12,570 bases of DNA from contig BAAFSQ010000289.1 in the NCBI GenBank assembly GCA_054661495.1, forward strand, positions 1-12,570, read 5' to 3'. Position 1 is the stretch's first letter, and each line of letters opens with the position of its first letter. The notes below the pieces were generated by a model. The model had not been told where the DNA came from. It saw only the letters and a list, made by a program, of their open reading frames with translations, and ran no database searches. Origin of the DNA: Zygophlyctis sp. KS116. Taxonomy: Eukaryota > Fungi > Chytridiomycota. The translations under genes were made by a program, and so were the position numbers. This document shows positions 1 to 8,629 of the stretch, in pieces.

Positions 1-529
1 TTGTGGCTCTTTGTGCATCTGGTTTAAAAACTTCAGAATAATGTTGTTCATGTTTTCAAAATCTAGTAATTTTATTAATTAATTTGGGAGCTCGGATGGG
101 CATGGGGCCTTTTTGTTTGGTATTCATAAACAGAAAAATTAATTGATAAATCCCTATTACCCTTCTTAAAGGGGATTCAAGAGGACACGCAAAATCTTAA
201 TTTAGAAACCATAACAATCTTACTTCAAGAATATTTTTTAGAATTAAATCATGTATTATTGATTCAATTAAATCTCCGGAGGATAGTGGGAAAAAATGGC
301 GAATTATGGAACAATCTGAAATCAAAAAGTATTTAAGACGAAAAAAAACTGATCAAATACCTCAACAACTTGAATTTAGATTCAGAAGATACAATTAATA
401 TCTTAGAGAACAATAAAAGAAAGAAATCAAGATCTACCAAATAGTAAAAAGGGCTAGGGGTATTAACCAGAGATAATTTATCTCTTGTTCACAGTAAAGA
501 AGTATAACCACTGATAACACAAAAAGAAT

Positions 530-1264
530 ATGATTTGTGATTTTGGTTTAGCAGCTAGAAACCTTCCCCTGAGGTTAAAGTTAGGTAGGTCATTTGAAGA
601 TGAAAAAATTGAAAAGATTTACAAGGCTGTAGAAGAAAGAGAAAACAAATTGAAAACCAGGTTTCACTATATAAAAAATCTAAAGAGGTTTTTTAGAGAT
701 ACAGAAGTCAAGAACCAACTTTTTATTGCAGACACAAATTTTTGGGTCAATTTGGAACTTGACGCTACTACTACACGGTGGAATTCTGGGAAATGGGTTG
801 CAAAATTTAATAATTTTAGGTCGGAAGTCACAGTCGTTATTTTAGAATTTGTTTTAAAGAGTTGGACGCTTCTAAATAATCTAACGGGTTCAACAAGCAA
901 GAAGGCTCAATCAGTTTGCTTCTTGCTGCATTTACAGAGAAAGGTTTTTTTTGAAGAGACAGTAGAGACTGAAAATGAAGCTCAAATTTCATCAAATAAT
1001 CAGAGTGGGGAAGATAGAATTTATCTTGCTATCAAATTCTTACTGGTATCTTCGGGAAAAAACATTTGGGTAGCGACATTTGATGTCACATTGTATAACA
1101 GACTGAAAACTTTAGGAGTCCAATATAGAAACAGACTTTACATTGCTAATTTAACTAAATGGACGAAAACTGAAAGAAGGGAAAGAAGGTCTCAGTTTCA
1201 TTGGTCTCAAAGTGTTGCTAATTGGATATTAGCCGAAAAAGACATGATAGATTGGAAAATATAA
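530..1264 (+). pseudogene. PIN-domain ribonuclease-like ORF (PINc/Swt1/SMG6-like fold), probably degraded
   Basis: PIN-like motifs in the expected order: LFIADTNFW (D at 731), VTVVILEFVL(K)ELD with ELD displaced into another frame at 859-867, GEDRIYLAI (D at 1013), IWVATFDVTLYNRLKTLGV (D at 1082). An upstream stop-free stretch at ~130-335 (TEKLIDKSLLPFLKG...) may be a broken N-terminal part. Confidence 0.6.
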
Positions 1265-2235
1265 AGATGATTACGATTTGTTTATCAGAAATCAATGTGC
1301 TCATTGGTGGCCCTAACACTTCACAGTGTAAACCTTAACTCCTCAACTATAACACTTAATTAATTCTTGCAGCACCTTGACCTTATGCAATCTCAAGAAG
1401 AGTATAAAAAATGAAATAAATGGATTTTGACAAACAAACTATATATTTCAATTCAAATCAAGGTATTTGAGTCTCCCCAGGTATGTAATTGGGGTCTGAT
1501 TCATCCGATTCAATTCTAAGTCTTGTGCTGCGTGGCTTTTCCGAGGAAGGTCCAATGGCTGATTCCACTTCCTTTCTTTTTGGCTTGGCTATCTGTTTAG
1601 ATTCTTTAACTGGGCTCTGCTTTTTCTTCTGAGTTCCTTTTCCTTTTCCAGCCGTCTTCTGAGGAGTCGGCAAAACAGCTGATTGAGCCTGGGAGCCTGA
1701 CTAACCTTAACAAAAGATCTCCTTGCCACCGAAAACAAACAAATGTAGAAGATAGGCTCTCCTTTCTACTGGTCTCATAATATTATCAATGTTTTTCCGT
1801 CTACTTATATTAATCAACTATGGAAAACAGACAATGTAGATTGTGATAATGGAGGTGCAAATTATAATTCATACATTATTTATTGGTTGGTGATTGGCTG
1901 CAACTTCCTCCAACAGGAGCAACAGGAGGAAACACACTTTTTCAACGCCCAATATACAAAACTGTTCCAACAGCACTTTTCGTGCTTGCTCTGGCCCGGA
2001 TTTGGGCTTATCCTCAATATCAACTACGAACTATAATTTAGCCAATTCTTAGGGTCATTAAGAAATATCTAAGTATATGAAAGATAAACTCAGTTTGGAA
2101 GTCATGAGGGAGTGTTAAACTCAATGTTCATGACTAGAAGAATTGATAAATGAGAAACTTCATTCAGTTACGGAAAATAAAAGCACAGTATGAAATGCCA
2201 TTGTCTAGATTATTATATTAAATTTCCAATTTCAG

Positions 2236-2291
2236 TGAATTGATAATCCAGGGTTACTATTGAATTGATAATCTAGGTTTACTAGTAAATT
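2236..2291. repeat. 25-bp tandem duplication (2 copies plus a partial third)
   Basis: tgaattgataatccagggttactat (2236-2260) / tgaattgataatctaggtttactag (2261-2285), then taaatt. Confidence 0.85.
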
Positions 2292-2496
2292 ATGTTGAAA
2301 ATAACTATTTATAGAATACGTCCATAAATAGGATTGACTGATCTAAAAAAAGCTTGCACATTTGCTGAAAATAATTCAATTTACACCTAACTCCAACCGA
2401 GAATAACGTTATTTGCCCCTGTAAAACCAAGTTAGGGGTATAGGATTTTAATCTTGACAGTAAAAACACTTCAATCCAAGTTTCGATGCATCCATC

Positions 2497-2820
2497 TTCT
2501 AAACAATATTAGTACAATTCTAAAAAGAAAGTCCCTCAGAATCCAATGCAGCACCAAAAGGGTGGCTCTAGCGATTGGATTCATCCTTGGGAGACAAGAT
2601 GGGTGAAAGGTACCTTCAAATCAGGATTTGCATGAATCAAATTCCGTTTTTCCAATTCCAGAGCTATTGTTTCATCCTCAGAATCGTTACCAATTGAAAG
2701 AGAAGAGTCAATAGCAGCAATACGAGCCTTGGCAGCATGGTAATTTTCCAATTTCTAAATATTATTAGTAAAGATCTAAAAAAAATTTCCTCAGAATCCA
2801 ATGCAGCACCAAAGGGTGGC
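2497..2820. repeat. Diverged ~70-bp direct repeat (2497-2566 and 2753-2820)
   Basis: Core cctcagaatccaatgcagcaccaaa(a)gggtggc at 2534-2566 and 2789-2820. Weaker similarity extends left to ttctaaa at 2497 and 2753. Confidence 0.85.
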
Positions 2821-3449
2821 GTGCAGCTGGAGACTTGAGCGGGTGACATATCTTTTTTCTTTGATAAAGAATCGCATTCCATATGGTTAACTTAGGGTTA
2901 TCGGATAATGACCATCATTGGCGTTTAAGATTTTGATATTTCTCCATGGAGTAGTGAAATCAATGAACGGATGCGCATCCATCCAGTCTTGAGCTAGAAG
3001 AAGTTGACGTTGGAGCTCTTCACCAGTTGCATAGATATTGATAAAAAGTGGGTCCAAATCTTGTAAAAGATTAACTAAACGATTAAATTCCTCTTGTTGA
3101 ATAAATTTACCTTCATCAATCAGTGTAGAATTATTTGATTGAAAAGACACGTCGCCAACATCCGATTGTGCGCCGCTGTCGGACTCGTTCACCATCAGCG
3201 TGTCCTCATCCTTTTGAAGAGAGAGCTGGATTCATCTCTTGAGCAAGTTTGTTTTTAAAAATGAAAGATTGAAATCCTTTATGTAAGTCTTCTTAAAGTG
3301 AGTGGTGTGTATAAAACTTTACCTTGAGCGCCACAAGAAATGTTCATCGGGCGTATTTGCATTTCAGTCCCTTCCATAGAGTAATTCATCGAATAAGGTA
3401 TATAGGTTTGTTACTTTTATAACAAATAACAAAGAATTTATATCAAGAT

Positions 3450-4665
3450 TTGGATAAAGATCAAAATATGTATAGTGGGGCTTGCAATGTATGCGGAATG
3501 GTCAAATTTAGAAGTGAAATGAGTACTTCATATCAGGAATTGACTACTGCTCATTTGTCAATTATACATAATGTTTTATTGAACCAGCACTGTAAACAGG
3601 CCTTAGTATGTAACAGTTGTATGAATTCTTTGCGTAAGAGGCGGATACCAAAAATGTCATTGTATAATATGAACCAAATTCCTGACAAAATCCAACTATT
3701 TTGACGGTACTTACTTTAGCAGAAATAATTTTGTTGTCCCCTGCTAGAGGATTCATAGCTATGAAGAGGCTTCAAATGGGTTCTTATGCATCATCAGGGA
3801 ACTCTATTGCTTTGAAGCAAGAAAATAGTCAAATTGTTTGCTCGATGCCTATGCATCCGAATGATTTGTCCGAAACAGTGATTTACATTTTGGTGGATAC
3901 AAACAAAGTTCCTTAATTCCATCCTGGTTTCAAGAGTGATGTGTTAAAAAAGCATTGTCTGGAATTAATAGTTAGGCGGAAGGTTTGGGAAAATGCTTTT
4001 ACATTTATAAAGAAAATATCACCCGCATACAAGGATTAAATTTGAATCGAAAATATTTAGAATTGTACCTAGAAGATGATAAACCGGAAACTTTTTCTTC
4101 ATCGTTAGATATAATTAATAGGGATCTTCATGAAACACAGGATTTAGGAACACAACAAATCTTAGATGAAAAAGAGATTCAGTAAAAGAAAATACGAATA
4201 TACAAAAATCAACTTTTACAGGTATGATGGCAACAAATACCATAAACTGTACAACGAATCTTTAAAACGAAGGCTTAATCTCAGCAGATCGTTACAACAA
4301 GGCTACTCTACTGCTTACAATACCCCGTTTCGTATTTAAGTCTTCTGCAAAGGATTTATCATCTCCAATATCTACATTACGATTCAGAGGCTACCAAGAT
4401 CACGCTTCCATGTCCAGGAAACCCTCCCGTTTACGATTCGATTCTCGTAACGCGGTCGAAACAGTTAGAAATTGTAAGGTTGTCGTCGAAACTAAAATTG
4501 GGGACCCTATATCGGAACACCGACGGATTGTATTTTCATAAATGCCTTCCGCATCTTTTCTATAAGGGATTGGAGACTTTAATATTGATAGACCGGTTAA
4601 AGTAAGTCTTAGGTAATTGCTGCAGCATAAATTGCGGTTTATTAATCCGATTTATATGAGTGACC
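3450..4665 (+). pseudogene. Helitron RepHel N-terminal portion (Cys-rich DUF6570-like domain and start of Rep), with frameshifts and stops
   Basis: CNVC...VCNSCMNSLRKRRIPKMSLYN, then LTLAEIILLS and SGNSIALKQ. After the in-frame TAA at 3914: ELIVRRKVWENAFTFIKKISPAYKD (VRr..V..AL.wLk..NP.Y pattern). At ~4500-4665: GDPISE/DGLYFHKCLPHLFYKG..DFNIDRPVKVSL..LQHKLRFINPIYMSD (FP.LFP.G pattern). Confidence 0.75.
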
Positions 4666-4788
4666 TGTTGAAGTGAACTCTGAACGCGAGAACATGATGT
4701 GCTCTATAAATAGCAATCTATAAATAGGAAGTTCTATAAATACATCATCATCTTTTTATTTAAAAAAGGGTTTAACTGAGCAACAACA
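4666..4788 (+). repeat. Putative 5' LTR (~123 bp)
   Basis: Starts TGTTG (4666) exactly where Helitron coding similarity stops and ends CAACA (4784-4788), a perfect 5-bp inverted terminus. It contains TATA boxes and abuts the PBS. There is no second copy in the window to confirm it. Confidence 0.8.
4703..4742 (+). promoter_or_regulatory. Three tandem TATA boxes in the LTR
   Basis: TCTATAAATA at 4703-4712, 4717-4726 and 4733-4742. Confidence 0.7.
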
Positions 4789-4802
4789 GATTAACAGTCG
4801 AA
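4789..4802 (+). other. Primer-binding site complementary to the anticodon arm of tRNA-Asn(GUU)
   Basis: GATTAACAGTCGAA directly follows the LTR's CA. Its reverse complement TTCGA-CTGTTAA-TC reads as 5' anticodon stem, 7-nt loop with GTT, and 2 nt of the 3' stem. Confidence 0.75.
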
Positions 4803-4814
4803 ACAAGAAACAAA

Positions 4815-5875
4815 ATGAAAGAAACAGAAACAGCGATTAAGAAGTTCAACGGATCAAACTGGTACGAGTTTGAAAGCGACATGATGTATTACTTAATGTC
4901 AAAGAAACTTTGGTTAGTGGTGAAGAATCAATCCTCTAAACCAGCAGCATCTGACTGGGAGGAGAAGAACATGCAAGCCACTGGAATCATCGTCAGGAGA
5001 GTGGAGCAGGAGTTGAGAGAATCAGTTCGAGATTTAGACTCTGCTAATGAGATTTGGGAGAAACTAAAAAAAATCAATGAGAACCAATCTACACTAGTGG
5101 TTGCAAGAGTGCGGTCAGAGTGGGAAAACTCAAATTTCACGAGTGATCAGGGTATTCTAGTTTATTTGGGAAAACTGGAAAAGTGCCGCAGACTGCTGAT
5201 CGGCACAAACGCTGAAATCGGCATTGGTGAACTGTGCCTAAAGGCTCTCAAGTTAGGCGCTGAATGGCAATCATACACGGATGCATTGGCAGCAGATGCG
5301 AAGGTCTTAACAGACTATGAGGCTCTGAAGAACAGATTGATTAGTGAACAGAATCGAAGATTGAGTCTAGTCGAGGAGAAGGACAACAACTCACGCGCTG
5401 CAATGAATGCAGCTAAGGATCAGCATCAAGGCCGTCGAAACGATCGGCGCAAATTCGATGGGAAGTGTCACAACTGTGGAAAAGCAGGCCACAAGAAAGA
5501 CACTTGCTGGGTTAGGTTAGGAAAAGGACCTCGTTCTAAGAAAAGTGAAGCAAATTACGGTAATGGCCAAAGATATGCATTAAACATTGAACGTGAGAAA
5601 AGCCGCGAGACAGGAGGTCTCATTTTGGATTCTGGTTGTTCGGATCATATGATTGGATCAAAAACGCAACATCAAATCACAAACATCGAGGAAATAGACG
5701 AAATTTCAGTGCGACTGGCAGACAACTCGATAAGAAAGGCCACTCAAAGAGGCACGCTACAAATTATAAATGCAACTGGAGACACTGTGTTATTAAAGAA
5801 CACGCTGCTAGTCCCAGGATGAGCAAAAGGTCTCGTGTCATTATCAAGGTTGACTGAAAAAGGATGCAATATAAT
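4815..5875 (+). pseudogene. gag-pol: Copia Gag plus aspartic protease
   Basis: FNGSNWYEF..MMYYLMSKKLW, SANEIWEKLK, CCHC knuckle CHNCGKAGHKKDTC (5466-5507) and protease ILDSGCSDHM (D at 5628). A premature TGA at 5820 falls in VPG*AKGLVSLSRLTEKG, which continues in frame. Confidence 0.93.
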
Positions 5876-6640
5876 GTGCATCAGCAATTATTCATATACA
5901 GACTGCGAAGTATGCATGAAAGCGAAGGCCACACGCTCGTCATTCAAAGAAAAAAGGGTTAAAGAATACATATCACCTGGGGAGTCATTGGCTATGGACT
6001 TAGGATTTATTGACGGAAGACCTTAATTAGCAATAACTGATGAGTTCTCCGGATGCTCAAAGATTTGGAGCTTATGGAGAAAATCGGAGGCACCAGGCCT
6101 CATAATGCAATACATCGAGTGTATCAAAAACCAATTTAACTATAAAGTCAGAAGATTGATTACAGATGGTGGGACTGAATTCATAAACACCACTTTGAAG
6201 GATTATTGCGAGAAACATGGTTTAGTCATTAGAAAATCAATGCCTTATACTCCCGAACAAAACGGGATAGCCGAAAGGAAAAACAGAACCTTAAAAGAAT
6301 GTGCACGTAGCATTTTGATAGATAGTGGATTAGGCATTGAATATTCAATGGATGCGATGTTATTTGCGACATTCATCCGAAATAGAAGTCCACGGAAAGA
6401 GGCGGGGAAAACAGCAATTGAATTATTTACAGGAAAACGACCATCTTTCAAGTATATTCGTGCTTTTGGTACTACATGTTATGTTACAATTGCAAAAGAA
6501 GAGAGAAGAAGAAAGGGACTCAAGACGTTGGATCCAAAAGCAATTAAGGGGATTTTGATTGCTCACATGGACAATGGTTACTTAGTTGAGACAAAGGACA
6601 AGAAACGTATAGAATCTGCTCATGTGAAATTTCCAAAAAA
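5876..6640 (+). pseudogene. pol: Copia integrase (DD35E), with the HH half of the HHCC finger missing and an in-frame TAA at 6024
   Basis: CEVCMKAK, LAMDL, GRP*LAITDEFS, ITDGGTEF with 35 residues to the E of GIAERKNRTL, then RAFG..CYV and LDPKAIKGILI. Confidence 0.93.
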
Positions 6641-6708
6641 AAGACTGATAACATCGGTAAAGAGAGTGATAAAAAGAAGACTGATAACATCGGTGAAGAG
6701 AGTGATAA
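6641..6708 (+). repeat. 36-bp-period tandem duplication in the IN-RT linker
   Basis: aagactgataacatcggt(a/g)aagagagtgataa at 6641 and 6677. Confidence 0.9.
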
Positions 6709-7346
6709 TATTGAAGAAGAATCATATGAAAGCGAGGAAGACGTCGGGACCGATCAAAACAAACAGGCTGAAGAAATCTCAGAGATCTTCTACGAAGCGT
6801 CAGATGAGAATCTTGAAGGAAAACAGTCGACTCAAGGAAAATGAAGATGGGAATATCAAGATTCCAGAGTATTAGCTAAAAATGATATTGATGGGGACGT
6901 GGACAATAGAAATATTATTCCCGAGGCAAGAACAAGGTCTCAGGCTCAAGCAAATGTAACATCAGTAGTAGTTGAAGAGGATCCGATTACCTATGAAATG
7001 GCAGTAGATGGGAAAAACGTAAAGGAATGGAAAATTGCAATAAGAAATGAACTGGACGCATTGGAAAGGAATGATACTTTTAGCTCACAGCAAGATCTAC
7101 CAAATGAAAGAAAGACAGTAAAAACTAAGTGGGTTTTTAAAACGAAGAGAGACACATTGGGACGAATGGTGAAACGAAAGGCAAGGTTGGTAGCGAAGGG
7201 ATACACTCAGAAGGAAGGAATCGATTATGATGAAGTCTTTGCGCCAGTAGTTAGTATCACTGGAATCAGATTACTTCTTTCCATAGCTGTGAAAAATGGG
7301 TTACATTTAAGGAAATTTGATGTAAGTAATGCATATTTACATTTTG

Positions 7347-7384
7347 ATCTCGACAAGGAACTATAATCTCGACAAGGAACTATA
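7347..7384 (+). repeat. Perfect 19-bp tandem duplication that frameshifts the RT
   Basis: atctcgacaaggaactata x2. Removing one copy restores DLDKELYLEIPQCYTEYHSRGQVLLLKKALFGLKQ. Confidence 0.95.
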
Positions 7385-8573
7385 TTAGAAATCCCTCAAT
7401 GTTATACAGAATATCATTCAAGGGGTCAAGTCTTGTTGTTAAAAAAGGCGTTATTTGGTCTAAAGCAATCAGGACAACTTTGGAATCAGTTACTGACAAA
7501 AATATTGGAGGAAAACGGTTTCGTCAGATATAGGTTTGAGCCATCTATATTTAGTAAGGAATCGCATGGGAAAATATGTGTTTGTGCAGTATATGTGGAC
7601 GACATTATATCGATGACATCAACGGAAGAGCAAGCGAATGATGTAGAAAAACTACTTGAAGAAAAATTCAAAATAACAAAAGGTAGTCTGGATGAAATAT
7701 TAGGAATTCGAGTGGAAAGATCAGGATTGGGAGACTTATCGTTAAGTCAAAATCTATACATTCAGGACAAAGCCAGTATCTTTGAAATATCGAATTGCAA
7801 AGGAGTAAATACGCCGATTGAAAAAGGGTTTCACGTATCCGAAAGTTCAGTGGCATTTGATGGTACAAAATATTTGGGAATAATCGGAGCACTGGGGTAT
7901 GCAGCAAAGACAAGCCGACCAGATATACAATATAGTTTTTCGTATCTATCAAGATTCAGCAAAGATCCGTCAGTAGATCACTGGAAGGGAGCAAAAAGGG
8001 TACTGAACTACTTAAATTGTACAAGGGATCTCAGTTTAAAATATGATCAGATCGAGAGTAACAAGAAATGGAGCTTATCTGGATATGTTGATGCAGCGTA
8101 TGGAAACAATGGTGAATTAATATCCACTACAGGGTTGTGTGTCTATTTAGGAGACCATTTGATTAGTTGGAAGAGTAAGAAACAAAAGGTACCGTCAACC
8201 TCATCTTGTGAAGCCGAGATATATGCCGCAGAGAAATGTATCAAGGAAATCATTTGGATAAAAGGAATTCTTACAGATTTAGGAATTGAAGTTGATGAAC
8301 AGATCAAAATATTTGAAGACAAAGATTACCTGTTAGTTTAAGAGATTATGATATTCAGAAGGCGAAAAAGAAACTTTCTTATGATCTGAGACTGCATGAT
8401 GGTTTGGTTTTACCAATGCAAGGAGATCTATTTCATACACCATCAGTTATCAGACTTGCTGTGAAGGAAACAATATGTGATAAATCAAAACACATCAGTA
8501 TGAAAATGTCTTTTATAAGATATCATATACGTCAAAAGAATGTGGAGTTAGTATATATTCCAACCAACAAGAA

Positions 8574-8621
8574 TGTTGCCGATATATTTACGAAAGGATT
8601 GTTGCCGATATATTTACGAAA
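8574..8621 (+). repeat. 22-bp direct repeat at the copia/Helitron junction
   Basis: tgttgccgatatatttacgaaa at 8574-8595 and 8600-8621, followed by a tttacgga echo. Confidence 0.92.
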
Positions 8622-8629
8622 CTTTACGG

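Larger units (their letters stand above)
1458..3390 (-). pseudogene. Fragmented minus-strand coding remnants of unknown function (ORFs 2887-3195, 2664-2882, 1458-1673)
   Basis: Co-oriented protein-like fragments, an internally duplicated module (PPFGAALDSE) and a basic low-complexity C-terminal piece. No domain recognised, and the pieces may not belong to one gene. Confidence 0.3.
6641..8600 (+). pseudogene. pol: Copia acidic linker, reverse transcriptase and RNase H, disrupted
   Basis: The linker frame from 6641 (KTDNIGKESD...EEESYESEED, TGA at 6842) is in frame with the 6899 ORF. Motifs: KWVFKTK, KARLVAKGYTQKEGIDY, FDVSNAYL, LKKALFGLKQSG, YVDD (7592-7603), SRPDI, YVDAAY, ISWKSKKQ, SSCEAE, IFED, KSKHI, NVADIFTKGL. 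A 19-bp duplication frameshifts it at 7347-7384 and a ~116-bp foreign insert lies at ~8323-8438. Confidence 0.95.
4666..8621 (+). mobile_element. Ty1/copia LTR retrotransposon, defective and 3'-truncated (no PPT or 3' LTR)
   Basis: Domain order gag-PR-IN-RT-RNaseH (integrase before RT) is diagnostic of copia. It is preceded by a TGTTG...CAACA LTR-like segment and a PBS. Confidence 0.96.

Noticed and set aside
4789-4802. tRNA-Asn gene on the minus strand
   Set aside because: Only a partial anticodon arm is present, with no D arm, T arm or acceptor stem. Its position identifies it as a PBS.
5820-5822. TGA as a programmed gag-pol readthrough codon (as in Tca2)
   Set aside because: It lies inside the protease at a conserved Leu position (VPGLxKxLxS), not at the gag/PR boundary, and the element has several other lesions.
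6641-6708. CRISPR-like or other repeat array
   Set aside because: There are only two adjacent copies with no spacers, inside coding sequence in a eukaryotic transposon context. The same applies to the repeats at 2236, 7347 and 8574.
6635-6875. Basic KRLITSVKRVI repeat tail of the integrase ORF, or a programmed frameshift at the A8 run
   Set aside because: This is an out-of-frame reading after a homopolymer indel. The frame from 6641 gives an acidic linker continuous with the RT, and copia elements are not known to frameshift between IN and RT.
8331-8439. Insert as a solo LTR (TGTTAG...CA)
   Set aside because: It has no target-site duplication or inverted termini, does not resemble 4666-4788, and the insert starts upstream of the TG.
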